A DNA stretch of 64,000 bases, from the NCBI GenBank assembly GCA_038230095.1, contig JBBRNT010000004.1:20448-84447 (forward strand). Reading direction: 5' to 3'. Shown piece by piece: positions 36,826-46,143 of this stretch. Positions within the stretch are counted from its first letter, which is position 1. Every line of letters begins with the position of its first letter. Under the pieces are notes generated by a model, which worked only from the letters and a program-made list of their open reading frames with translations, did not search any database and was not told where the DNA came from. The position numbers and the translations under genes were made by a program. The stretch comes from Candidatus Saccharimonadia bacterium. GTDB taxonomy: Bacteria; Patescibacteriota; Saccharimonadia; UBA4664; JBBRNT01.

Positions 36826-36901
36826 TGGTGGGCCCAGTGAGACTCGAACTCACGACACAAGGCTTAAAAGGCCTCTGCTCTACCAACTGAGCTATGGGCC
36901 C
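36826..36901 (-). tRNA. tRNA-Lys (TTT)
   Basis: Reverse complement GGGCCCATAGCTCAGTTGGTAGAGCAGAGGCCTTTTAAGCCTTGTGTCGTGAGTTCGAGTCTCACTGGGCCCACCA. Anticodon loop CTTTTAA. Confidence 0.92.
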
Positions 36902-36927
36902 TCAAGGCTAATTTTGAGGGGTTTTTA
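36899..36927 (+). terminator. terminator-like hairpin + T5 on plus strand, overlapping tRNA-Lys 5-prime end
   Basis: CCCTCAA-GGCTAATT-TTGAGGG-GTTTTT. Confidence 0.3.
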
Positions 36928-37124
36928 ACTGCCCAACTATACCTGTAATCAGGCTTTTGGTCAATCAGGGCGTATCCGTTGGACAGATTCGGCATACTAC
37001 ACTGGGACCATCCCAGCCGTCACCACACATTCCGTGCTAGCCCAGAGGCGTAAGCGCTCATGCTTGCACCCCCGTTCACGTCTCGCTAGACTAGGAGGAA
37101 TATTGAGGGTAGAAAGCGACCGCT

Positions 37125-38528
37125 GTGCCCCACACCACACCCCTCCGCCGCACGACACTCATCATTGCCACCCTGTTAGCGTTCGTCGTGGGCTTGGGCC
37201 TGGGTCAGACAGACATCCACTTCTGGTGGGTCTGGCTGTTCCCACTTGGTGTTGTGACCCTCCTCGCACGTCGTAGCCGCGTCTTTGTGGTGGGGCTGTG
37301 TGCTATAGGGCTTTGCCTGGGCCTGTGGCGCGGCCATGCCAGTCTGCGCCAGTTTGACGCGCTTACCCGCCATATTGGGCAGACGGTAAGCCTTACCGGT
37401 ACCATTTCCGATGACCCAGCCACCGCCAAGCAGACCAACTTCATCCTTACCAGCGTTTCGCTTGGTGGCCGGCAGGTGGCGGGGGACGTTCGCGTTACCA
37501 GCTACCCACAGCGCCAGCTGAAGCGTGGCTACGTAGTGCGGATCACCGGTAAGCTAAAAGCCGGCTTCAGCTCCCAGCCGGCTAGTCTAGGCTACGGCCA
37601 GCTCCAGGTTCTGAGCACCAAGCAGAGCTGGCTAGAGCAGGCCCGCCAGGCCTTCTTTGCCGGTATGCACACCGCCATGCCCGATCCCAACGCCGGCTTT
37701 GCACTTGGGCTCCTCATTGGCGTGCGCTCCATGATCCCGGTCTGGCTACAAAACCAGCTAAATGACGTTGGCTTGTCACACCTGGTGGCTGTTTCTGGTT
37801 ATAACCTCACTATCATCGCCGCCGCCTTCTACACCGTTCTCCGGCCCCGCTCGCGCTACCTAGCCACCGCCGTTTCGGTCTGGCTCATTAGCTTCTTCAT
37901 TATTGTCGCCGGAGCCTCCGCCTCGGTGGTCCGTGCGGCCGTCGTAGCGCTACTGGTACTAGCCGCCAAGTACTATGGCCGCAGTATTCGACCCGGTCTT
38001 CTACTGGCCCTAGCTGCAGCCGCCACTGCTGCCTGGAACCCCTGGCTGCTTACCCGCGATCTGGGCTGGCAGCTATCCTTCCTCGCCTTTGCCGGCATTG
38101 CCGTGGTTGCGCCGGTGCTGGAAACACGCCTCTTCAGGAACCCGGGCTCCATTAAGAAAGTCGCGATAGAGTCTTTCTCAGCTCAGCTCATTACCTTCCC
38201 GCTGATCATGCTAGTATTCGGCCGCTTCTCGGTCATCGCGCCACTGGCCAATATGCTGGTTCTCCCCCTAGTTCCGGCCGCCATGGGCTTGTCGCTGGTG
38301 GCTGGTCTCAGCGGCTGGCTCTGGCCTGTATCGGCCACCGTTCTGGCCTGGCCCGCCTGGTTTATCACCCAGCTCATGCTCGCGATTATTACTCGCCTGG
38401 ACACCCTGCCCATTGTGAGTCTCACGGCTGCACTTACCTGGACACGGCTTGTCATTATCTATGCCCTTGGCACGCTGCTCATCTGGCTGCTGGCGCGACG
38501 GGCCGTGACCGAACCCCACGCCCAGTGA
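37125..38528 (+). CDS. comEC: DNA internalization competence protein ComEC/Rec2 (DUF4131 + competence domain, no MBL domain)
   Basis: 467-aa polytopic membrane protein. GLSHLVAVSGYNLTII and the ComEC topology. Confidence 0.75.
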   Translation: MPHTTPLRRTTLIIATLLAFVVGLGLGQTDIHFWWVWLFPLGVVTLLARRSRVFVVGLCAIGLCLGLWRGHASLRQFDALTRHIGQTVSLTGTISDDPATAKQTNFILTSVSLGGRQVAGDVRVTSYPQRQLKRGYVVRITGKLKAGFSSQPASLGYGQLQVLSTKQSWLEQARQAFFAGMHTAMPDPNAGFALGLLIGVRSMIPVWLQNQLNDVGLSHLVAVSGYNLTIIAAAFYTVLRPRSRYLATAVSVWLISFFIIVAGASASVVRAAVVALLVLAAKYYGRSIRPGLLLALAAAATAAWNPWLLTRDLGWQLSFLAFAGIAVVAPVLETRLFRNPGSIKKVAIESFSAQLITFPLIMLVFGRFSVIAPLANMLVLPLVPAAMGLSLVAGLSGWLWPVSATVLAWPAWFITQLMLAIITRLDTLPIVSLTAALTWTRLVIIYALGTLLIWLLARRAVTEPHAQ

Positions 38529-38600
38529 TATAATTAGATCAAGCAGTACCCTACGGTATAGCAATTAACGCCGTAGCGTGCAAAATAGGGAGATTGCTAC

Positions 38601-39338
38601 ATGTCAGGACATTCGAAGTGGGCCTCAATCAAACACCAGAAAGGCATTGCGGACGCCCGGCGCGGCGCGGCCTTTACCAAGATTGCTACTCTTATCGCCC
38701 TAGCGGCCAAGAAGGGCGCCGATCCCGAGATGAATTTCTCGCTGCGTCTGGCCATCCAAAAGGCTAAGGCCGCTAATATGCCCGCCGCTGGCATTGAGCG
38801 CGCTATCAAGCGGGGTGCGGGTACCGATGGTGGCGTGGCCATGGAAGAAATACGCTATGAGGCCTATGGCCCAGCCAGCGTGGCCATCATTATTGAGTGT
38901 GCTACGGACAATCGTAATCGTACCGCCTCGGACGTCCGCCTAGCCGTTACCAAGCACGGTGGCCGCATGGCCGAGCTGGGTGCGGTAGCTTACCAGTTTA
39001 CCAACCGCGGCGTCATTGAGATTGTCACTGGTGATCACGAGGAGGCTGAGCTGGCTGCCATCGAGGCCGGCGCCGAGGACTTTGTGACCGAAGGGGACAC
39101 GCTGACTGTCTACACTGCCCCGACCGACCTAGACGCGGTGCGCAAGGCCTTAGTAGCAAGCGGCTATGAGGTAGCGCGCGCAGAGCTCAGTTTTGAGCCC
39201 AATACATCTGTTACTGTCTCCGACCAGCACGCCGCCGAGACCCTCCTGCGCCTTATGGATGCAGTCGAGGACCTGGACGACGTCACCGGTACCTATACCA
39301 ATTTTGAAATTGACGACGCTATTGCGGACAAGCTGTAG
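38601..39338 (+). CDS. yebC: YebC/PmpR family DNA-binding transcriptional regulator
   Basis: MSGHSKWASIKHQKG N-terminus and full-length YebC similarity. 245 aa. Confidence 0.92.
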   Translation: MSGHSKWASIKHQKGIADARRGAAFTKIATLIALAAKKGADPEMNFSLRLAIQKAKAANMPAAGIERAIKRGAGTDGGVAMEEIRYEAYGPASVAIIIECATDNRNRTASDVRLAVTKHGGRMAELGAVAYQFTNRGVIEIVTGDHEEAELAAIEAGAEDFVTEGDTLTVYTAPTDLDAVRKALVASGYEVARAELSFEPNTSVTVSDQHAAETLLRLMDAVEDLDDVTGTYTNFEIDDAIADKL

Positions 39339-39633
39339 CCCCGCCGCCGCGAGTTGTATACCTTGTCCTAGCGTACTTTTGCCTTCCCTCACTCTCTTGC
39401 CCCAGCATTCCTTGAACTTCTATAAAATACAGCTTCAGCGAGCATGAGTACGGTGGGACAAAGCGAGTGAGTCGAGCTTTGTCGCTCGTTGTCTCGCATG
39501 GTTTTGGGTACTTTTGCCGTAACAAAAGTACCAAGAGAGAAGAAAAAGGAATTCTCGGACTAGCAGAATAGGCCATAGCTGCTAAGTAGCGTATTGGGGT
39601 AAAAGCCTTCCCAGCGCATGCTAGACTACCTAT

Positions 39634-40107
39634 ATGCGTATCCTTGGAATAGATCCCGGTACCGCCATCACGGGCTTCGGCGTCATAGATAAAGTCGGCG
39701 ATAAGCTTATTTTTGTCGACGCAGGGGTTATCCGCACTCCCAAAGAAGACCCTATGTCGGCTCGCTTGGTCACCATTTTTGACGAGCTCACCCAGCTCAT
39801 ATCAGAGGTGCGCCCCGACCAGGCCGCCATCGAGCAACTGTTCTTCGCTCGCAATGTTACTACCGCGCTCACGGTCGGCCAGGCTCGCGGTGTGGCGCTT
39901 CTGGCGCTGCAGAAGGCCGGGCTCCCGGTCGGCGAGTACACACCGCTTCAGGTGAAGCAGGCAGTTACCAGCTACGGCAAGGCCGATAAGGCCCAGGTGC
40001 AGCAGATGGTCAAAACCATTCTGCGCCTCAACGACATACCCAAGCCAGATGATGCCGCCGACGGTCTCGCCATTGCTATCACTCACGCCAGCCAGATTAT
40101 TGGCTAG
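39634..40107 (+). CDS. ruvC: crossover junction endodeoxyribonuclease RuvC
   Basis: MRILGIDPGTAITGFGV RNase-H-like N-terminus. 157 aa. Confidence 0.9.
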   Translation: MRILGIDPGTAITGFGVIDKVGDKLIFVDAGVIRTPKEDPMSARLVTIFDELTQLISEVRPDQAAIEQLFFARNVTTALTVGQARGVALLALQKAGLPVGEYTPLQVKQAVTSYGKADKAQVQQMVKTILRLNDIPKPDDAADGLAIAITHASQIIG

Positions 40108-41090
40108 ACGGTAGCTCTGTGGGCTATGGTCCAGCGGGAGAGCAGGTAGCATAGGTTGCTCTCGGCACCACTCTCGGTGCTAACGCCCGTGGGGTCAATA
40201 CCGTCTAAGCATTGGTTATTGGCTGGGTTTATTAGCGATTTCTTCGCAATATTGTCACCGTCAAACCAAGCCATCCAGCGCTGCGCTTTCTGCAAGTGGT
40301 GCTTATCCTGGGTAGTCTGGTAGGCGGCGGTGTGCGCCCAAACCATGTAGGCGGCGTCTATCGGCTGCTGTGAGTAGTTCGGAGCCGTAGCCTGGCCTTG
40401 GGCATGCCACCCATCATTACCTACTGGCCCAAGTGGGCGATTGTGCGTCGACACGTACTCGATAAATTCTAGGACCCGGAGTGCTAGCCCGTGGTACTGG
40501 CTATCACCGCAGACCAGCTCGTAGCGCAGTAGGCAATAGGGGAGTATGCCGAGCGCGTAGGTCATGGGCGTTTCCGGCCAGAACCAGCTATCTGCCAGGC
40601 CACTAAAGCGGCCCGCAACCGTAGCCGCCAGCTCTGCCGCCCAGATTGGGTCCAGATACACGGCGCCCAGCAGTGCATAGGCCGGGCCACGGAGCGTGGA
40701 CATTCTTGCAATACTAGCTCGGAATGAAGCCATCTCGGCCTGCGCCTCATCTACCCGGAAGCCCTGGTGCACCGCATACCCGTAGGCCCAGACCACCTGT
40801 GCTTTGGCGTCATCCGAGGCGGGACCAGCAAAAAACTCACGATTATCGTGAGCAAATCCATGGAATTCTGTGTCTATACGTGACTGCTTAAGGTAGTTAA
40901 ACAGTACGTTTGCTTGGTCCGGTTTCCCCAGCGCCAGGCAGGTTACAAGCCCTCTAGCCGCGTCATCCAGTGAGTAGCCGTGGTGCAGATGGGGTGTTAA
41001 CCCATCTGAGTGCTGCCAGATGCCAAAGTCGTCGATTATGGAATCAAAATAGATTGTATTCATGGTATGGCTAGGTGGTAATAGCGGCAA
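40104..41090 (-). CDS. hypothetical protein, possibly an (alpha/alpha)-toroid glycoside hydrolase-like enzyme
   Basis: 328-aa ORF (probable start MNTIYF at 41063) overlapping the GT4 gene. Trp/Tyr-rich helical repeats. Weak assignment. Confidence 0.3.
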   Translation of the reverse strand: MPLLPPSHTMNTIYFDSIIDDFGIWQHSDGLTPHLHHGYSLDDAARGLVTCLALGKPDQANVLFNYLKQSRIDTEFHGFAHDNREFFAGPASDDAKAQVVWAYGYAVHQGFRVDEAQAEMASFRASIARMSTLRGPAYALLGAVYLDPIWAAELAATVAGRFSGLADSWFWPETPMTYALGILPYCLLRYELVCGDSQYHGLALRVLEFIEYVSTHNRPLGPVGNDGWHAQGQATAPNYSQQPIDAAYMVWAHTAAYQTTQDKHHLQKAQRWMAWFDGDNIAKKSLINPANNQCLDGIDPTGVSTESGAESNLCYLLSRWTIAHRATV

Positions 41091-42306
41091 TTTCGTCTAG
41101 GTAGCGCGCGCCTACCAGCGGCCAGCTCATCTGGCGGCCAATGGCATAGGCCTTGGCTCGAATATCATTATACAGCTCGGTGTTGCCAAGTACTTCATTC
41201 ACGGCTTGCGCAAGCCCTGCTGCATCATCAAAGTCCACTAGGCGACCGCGACCGTCTGCAAGGACTTCCTTGGCGTAGCGGTAGGGTGTAGAGAACGCCA
41301 CCAGGCCTGCACCTAGGGCGTAAGCCAGCGTACCAGAGGCGGCTTGTTCAGGATCCTTGTGCAGAGTCAGGTATATGTCGGCCGTCTGTAGGTACTCCAG
41401 TAGTTCCGGTAGGTCCAGGTACTTGTTGACGAGTACTAGGTGGTCGCTTACGCCCAGCTCGTCTGCCAGGGCAATGAGCGACTCACGGTAGGCCTCACCC
41501 TTGTGGGCAATAATATTGGGGTGGGTTTGCCCTACCACATAGAGCTTGGCCTGCGGGTTGGCGGTAATAATAGCAGGGAGCGCCTTAATAGCGACGTCGA
41601 TCGACTTGTTCTCTCCGATCAGGCCGGAGATCATGAGCACAGCGTCATCAGGATCAATACCCAGCCGGGGCTTTGCCACATAGGTATCAATCTGTTCTAC
41701 TAGCGTCACCCCGTGGTGGATCATCACAATCTTACTAGCGTCTACGTCATAGTCACGTACCAGGATATCGCACGAGTCCTGGGTCATAGCTACCACTTTC
41801 AGACTCATTTCTGCAATCCGGTGGATCACGTCGCGCCGCGCCTCATCGGGGGTAGGCAGAACAGTATGCAGCGTGGTTATGAACGGCATTTCCAGGTTAT
41901 CGAGCAGATCGAAAATGTAGTCCCCGGTGGGGTCGCTGTGCATACGGCCGTTGCGCTCAAACTTGGTAAATGAACCGCCGTAGAGGCCAAACTCGTGCTG
42001 TAGCAGGACTACGTCTGGCTTGGCTTGGTTTATAACCGTTGCCGCAGCAGCGTAGGTCTCGCGCTTGTCGGTGTGGACTGTAGCCACTACATTTAGCTCA
42101 TAGTCGAAGTGCTCATCGGCTGTTTCAGCCGCCACCGCGATCACTTCAACGCCTGGAACATTGCTGCGGATACCTTCTAGAAGGTCACGGCTAAATGTTG
42201 CTATCCCGCAGCGCTTGGGTATGATCGAGCTAATAATGGCAATCTTCAGATTGTGGGCAGAACCATTAAGGGAGTGCTCCGACTGGGGTGTCGTAGTCGT
42301 GTTCAT
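41071..42306 (-). CDS. family 4 glycosyltransferase (GT-B, glycosyl transferase group 1)
   Basis: C-terminal GT4 domain. EX7E-type region and TADIYLTLHKDPEQAASGTLAYALGAGLVAFST. Confidence 0.8.
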   Translation of the reverse strand: MNTTTTPQSEHSLNGSAHNLKIAIISSIIPKRCGIATFSRDLLEGIRSNVPGVEVIAVAAETADEHFDYELNVVATVHTDKRETYAAAATVINQAKPDVVLLQHEFGLYGGSFTKFERNGRMHSDPTGDYIFDLLDNLEMPFITTLHTVLPTPDEARRDVIHRIAEMSLKVVAMTQDSCDILVRDYDVDASKIVMIHHGVTLVEQIDTYVAKPRLGIDPDDAVLMISGLIGENKSIDVAIKALPAIITANPQAKLYVVGQTHPNIIAHKGEAYRESLIALADELGVSDHLVLVNKYLDLPELLEYLQTADIYLTLHKDPEQAASGTLAYALGAGLVAFSTPYRYAKEVLADGRGRLVDFDDAAGLAQAVNEVLGNTELYNDIRAKAYAIGRQMSWPLVGARYLDEIAAITT

Positions 42307-42350
42307 GATTTCCTCGTTATTTCTCCACCTAGAAAAGAACCCAATGTACG

Positions 42351-42379
42351 TTGGTAATTTGCAACTATATTGCTATGAT
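42351..42379 (+). promoter_or_regulatory. sigma70-like promoter TTGGTA-N17-TATGAT
   Basis: Upstream of the GH130 gene. -35 at 42351-42356, -10 at 42374-42379. Confidence 0.4.
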
Positions 42380-42405
42380 AATACCAGAAAAATAGGGAAA
42401 ACACA

Positions 42406-43371
42406 ATCGCTACCTCACCCAAACCCAGCTCGCAGGTCCAATTCAAACGGCTCTCTGCCGAGCCCATCATAGACCGTTCGATACAGAAGTATTGGGAGGC
42501 CGTTGGGGTCTTCGCTCCCGCCGTTGTCCGGGAGGGTAATACCTTTCACATGCTCTATCGGGCCTTTGGCAACGACCATGTTTCTCGCATGGGCTATGCT
42601 GAGAGCCAGGATGGGCTGAACTGGATGAAGGATCCCGATCCGCGTGTTACCCCGCTGCCGCACGATAGCTCAGAGAAAGACGGTGTGGAGGACGCTCGTA
42701 TGGTGAAGATCGGCGAGCACTACTACATCACCTACACCGCAGTGCGGGGCAAGCTCCACAATGGCAATATGGACTGGCAGGCCCAGGTCCGGTTCTTGGT
42801 CAGTAGGGATCTGAAGCATTTCCGCCGCGTCCGCCCCAATCTGCCCAAGGGCTTCGACAAGGACGGCGTGCTCTTCCCAACCAAGCTGGGAAATGAGTTC
42901 TGGTTACTACACCGCTATATACCTAATATTTGGCTTAGCCACGGGCCATCGTTGCGCCGTTTTGACCACCACCAGCCCATCATGGGACCGACCCATCTAG
43001 AGTGGGAGTCGCTTCGTATTGGAGCTGGCGCCCCACCGATCCTTACCGATCTAGGCTGGTTACTGTTCTACCACGGCGTCAGTAATGCCATTCAGTACAG
43101 TATGGGTGCGGCTATTCTCGACGCTGCCGACCCCACCAAGGTCCTGTACCGCTTACCATACCCGGTTTTGTCGCCGACCGAGCCCTACGAACGTTATGGC
43201 ATTATCCCCAACGTTGTTTTTGGTACCAGCGCAATCGACATGGGCAAGGAATGGTGGCTGTACTATGGCGCCGCCGATACCAGTATTTCTGCTGCCGCAA
43301 TTAATAAGGCCGATCTACTTGCCGAGCTGCAACGCCACCCCAACACCCAGTCGGTTGCAGATGCTAGCTAG
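42406..43371 (+). CDS. GH130 family glycoside phosphorylase/hydrolase; conserved N-terminus lacks a canonical start (first ATG at 42550)
   Basis: GH130 signature KRLSAEPIIDRS...WEAVGVFAPAVVREGNTFHMLYRA is encoded in-frame from 42382. No ATG/GTG/TTG before 42550. RBS AGGGA sits 8 nt before ATC 42406. Confidence 0.55.
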   Translation: MATSPKPSSQVQFKRLSAEPIIDRSIQKYWEAVGVFAPAVVREGNTFHMLYRAFGNDHVSRMGYAESQDGLNWMKDPDPRVTPLPHDSSEKDGVEDARMVKIGEHYYITYTAVRGKLHNGNMDWQAQVRFLVSRDLKHFRRVRPNLPKGFDKDGVLFPTKLGNEFWLLHRYIPNIWLSHGPSLRRFDHHQPIMGPTHLEWESLRIGAGAPPILTDLGWLLFYHGVSNAIQYSMGAAILDAADPTKVLYRLPYPVLSPTEPYERYGIIPNVVFGTSAIDMGKEWWLYYGAADTSISAAAINKADLLAELQRHPNTQSVADAS

Positions 43372-44275
43372 CTCGGCCAAGTCCGCCGCCCGGCTTATCA
43401 CCCTGGCAGTCCCCACCGGCAAGATAGCCTACAACCCAACGCTCATTGTTACTGGCGGCGAGCATGTACTGGCGGTGCGCGTGGAGTCACGTGATAGCCA
43501 CTGGCTAGACGAGGCCACCTGGGACCCAGAGGTCTGGTTCTACCGGCAGACCGCTGAGGACCAGTGGGAGCGGGCACTTGACGCGCCCCGATTTACTGCC
43601 GCAGAGGACCCATTTGCCACCTGGGTAACCAATAGCGGCGGCCAGCGGGTGCTGGTATTTGGCCATGTCACTCTCGATCGCACCACCGGGCCGCGTCCCA
43701 CCGGGCTTACACGCTTCTACCAGGCAGCGTCTTGGGACAGGCTAGACCCTAGCGCTCCCTTTGCAGAGGTTCGGGACATGAAGGACATCCGCCTCTGCCA
43801 GCTAGCGGACGGGAGTATTGCTGTTTGTGGTCGGCCCCGGGGTGGCCAGGCCGGTCGGGGAAAAGTGACATACTCTCGCTTAACTAGCCTTTCCGAACTC
43901 ACACACGATGCTGTTTGGTCGGCAGCCATTCTGCCCGGTATGATCCCGGAAGACCGCAAGATCGGCAATAATGAACTACACCTATTACCCGACGGCTCTA
44001 TCGGGGTGCTCGGCCACATTGCCCTTGGCGAAGAAGAGCACGACATGCGCTACACGGTAGCAACCTGGTCTATCAATCCCGACACCGGCGTAGCCACCAA
44101 GCCGCAAGAGCTGGTTGAGCGCTCCGACTTCCCGCCGACTGAGCCCAAGCTCCCGCGCCTGGCAGATGTGGTCTTTCCCGGCTCGCTTGAGCGCCTAGGC
44201 GGTGACACCTGGCGCCTGTACGCCGGCCTGGGCGATAGCGGCGTAGGTGCCATCGACCTTACCCACCCATTCTAA
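43361..44275 (+). CDS. GH130/DUF1861-like beta-propeller protein
   Basis: ATG 43361 overlaps the upstream stop. Sequence HVLAVRVESRD...WFYRQ suggests a 5-bladed propeller glycosidase-like fold. Weak. Confidence 0.35.
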   Translation: MLASSAKSAARLITLAVPTGKIAYNPTLIVTGGEHVLAVRVESRDSHWLDEATWDPEVWFYRQTAEDQWERALDAPRFTAAEDPFATWVTNSGGQRVLVFGHVTLDRTTGPRPTGLTRFYQAASWDRLDPSAPFAEVRDMKDIRLCQLADGSIAVCGRPRGGQAGRGKVTYSRLTSLSELTHDAVWSAAILPGMIPEDRKIGNNELHLLPDGSIGVLGHIALGEEEHDMRYTVATWSINPDTGVATKPQELVERSDFPPTEPKLPRLADVVFPGSLERLGGDTWRLYAGLGDSGVGAIDLTHPF

Positions 44276-44291
44276 GCGCTAGCAATGCAAA

Positions 44292-44317
44292 GAGCCCCCA
44301 GAAATATCTGGGGGCTC
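44292..44317. terminator. bidirectional terminator hairpin between convergent genes
   Basis: GAGCCCCCAG-AAATAT-CTGGGGGCTC. Confidence 0.5.
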
Positions 44318-44322
44318 GTCGT

Positions 44323-45267
44323 TCAGGACCAGTCGATTAGCTGCCGGGCGCAGCGGTTGTCATTAATGTGGTAGAGCACTTCGGCCCTAGTACCACCCTG
44401 GTAGGTCACGCATGACCCGAAGGCAATCAGCTGGTCGTCTGGCCCACGGTCAGCCACATGGGCCCGGATTAGCCAATCCGGCGACACCTCGCAGACCTCT
44501 GGCCATTCCCTGGACAGATCGATCGTCATGTAGGCCACGCCCCATTCATTATTCCGCCTGCGGTTATATAGCAGCAGGTAGAGGCTGTCACTGAGACGGA
44601 TCGGGCCGCCGGCGGTGGAGACGTGCTCGCTGCCGTCGGCCTCGGCGGTCCAAAAGCCGCTTATATTGGCAACACCACCATTGTCAATGTAGGCCGCTCC
44701 CAGATGGCTCGCTACCCCATCACCGTACTCGAATAGGATCCAGCGTCGCCCGTAGGCGCGTGCCAGTTCGCCTTCTTTCACCATGTCGCAGTACCCGCAC
44801 AACCCAGCCCGCATGACATCGGTCGGTGTGAGTACGGCCCGCATTTCTTTTGTCAGCAGGTTGCAGTACCACAGTTCAGCGGTCACGCCTTCGGCATCTG
44901 GCTTGGCAAACGTAGCCGTTAGCAGCATACCTTGCTCATCGCGCCTACCGAATGGATTGAAGCCAAACAGGGCGGCCAGGTTGGTGGGGTCTTCGAAGCC
45001 TACGGCTCCGTTGCAGCCAGTGGTTTTCTGGGGGTCAAGAAACACTTTCAAATGGGTCAAGACGCCCGCATCACTCAGCCTTGCACTGAAAATCTGATTG
45101 TCGGGGACCGTTCGGCCCAGGACCACGCCTTCGGTACCCCGGCTGAGCGCCATGAGGCCGCCGTGGAACCTGCGCTGGTCGTCCACGGCCAGACCAATGG
45201 TAGTGGGGTGGGGTATAAGGGTGCGTACGGCGAGGCTCATAGCCAACTCGTTTCTGCTAGATTTCAA
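44323..45267 (-). CDS. GH130/DUF1861-like beta-propeller protein
   Basis: 314-aa ORF (probable start MSLAVRT at about 45240). Third member of the local propeller-glycosidase-like trio. Confidence 0.35.
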   Translation of the reverse strand: MKSSRNELAMSLAVRTLIPHPTTIGLAVDDQRRFHGGLMALSRGTEGVVLGRTVPDNQIFSARLSDAGVLTHLKVFLDPQKTTGCNGAVGFEDPTNLAALFGFNPFGRRDEQGMLLTATFAKPDAEGVTAELWYCNLLTKEMRAVLTPTDVMRAGLCGYCDMVKEGELARAYGRRWILFEYGDGVASHLGAAYIDNGGVANISGFWTAEADGSEHVSTAGGPIRLSDSLYLLLYNRRRNNEWGVAYMTIDLSREWPEVCEVSPDWLIRAHVADRGPDDQLIAFGSCVTYQGGTRAEVLYHINDNRCARQLIDWS

Positions 45268-45434
45268 CGAACTGCCGCATTATGGCATTTTAGTCCATAA
45301 AACACAATCATTAACAGATCATTTTACCGTAGATAAGCAAAAGGGTATTGAATTATCTGCAGTAATATGCTTTAATATAGGTATACGCGGCCGCCCTTGG
45401 CCATTATCGAAACAAACTAAAGCTGGAGAAGACC

Positions 45435-46112
45435 ATGAAGCGCATTGCTATCACTGGTTCGCGTGGCGTTATTGGCTCCATTCTCGTGGAGGGGCTCACT
45501 GACTTCACCATTACGGGCCTAGACCTACCAGAGACCGATATCTGCGACTACCCTGTGCTGCTCGAGCGTTTGCGTGGACACGACGCGTTGATCCACCTAG
45601 CCTGGGTCTCAGAGTCTGCTCCCCAGATGAAGGCTCTCCACCACGACAATTTCACCATGATCCAGCAGGTGTACCGTGGGGCGGTAGACGCTGGCGTAGG
45701 CCGGGTCATTATGGCTAGCTCTGTGCATGCCGCCGACGTCCGTGGGCTCGACCCAGCTACCGTAAGCCGCCTGTCCGAGACTGGTACGCCAAATGGCGCC
45801 TACGGTGCTGCTAAGCAGTTCGGCGAGTCCCTCGGCCGCTACTATGCCGGTAAGGGGCTGGACGTTACTTGTGTGCGCTTTGGTGCCGTCAACCAGCAAG
45901 ACACCATGCCTACCCAGAACGAGTTTGAGCGAGTTGTCTGGCTACGCCACGTCGACCTGCTTCGGCTCATGTCGGACCTACTCACGGCGCCGGTGGCTCC
46001 GGGCAGTTTCCAGATGGCCATTGCTGTCTCCGGACAGCCGCTGGTTACTGACCAGCAGGGCAGCTTCCCCTTGTTTGATACTGATGCCGAGAGGGCACCT
46101 GCTCTAGCCTAG
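45435..46112 (+). CDS. NAD(P)-dependent epimerase/dehydratase family protein (short)
   Basis: Rossmann ITGSRGVIGS. 225 aa. RBS GGAGAAG. Confidence 0.6.
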   Translation: MKRIAITGSRGVIGSILVEGLTDFTITGLDLPETDICDYPVLLERLRGHDALIHLAWVSESAPQMKALHHDNFTMIQQVYRGAVDAGVGRVIMASSVHAADVRGLDPATVSRLSETGTPNGAYGAAKQFGESLGRYYAGKGLDVTCVRFGAVNQQDTMPTQNEFERVVWLRHVDLLRLMSDLLTAPVAPGSFQMAIAVSGQPLVTDQQGSFPLFDTDAERAPALA

Positions 46113-46143
46113 CTTTATCGGACCGCCTAGCCCTGGTACAATA

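Noticed and set aside
36899-36927. Possible att repeat of the tRNA-Lys 3-prime end at the far edge of the low-GC island
   Set aside because: I searched around 35.5 kb for TGGTGGGCCCAGTGAG-like sequence. I found only a weak TTTGGTGGTCACA. That is insufficient to call an att site, so island boundaries remain compositional only.
43085-43360. Upstream extension of the second propeller gene (ORF-track start 43085)
   Set aside because: It would overlap the GH130 gene out of frame by about 290 nt. ATG 43361, overlapping the GH130 stop, is the parsimonious start.
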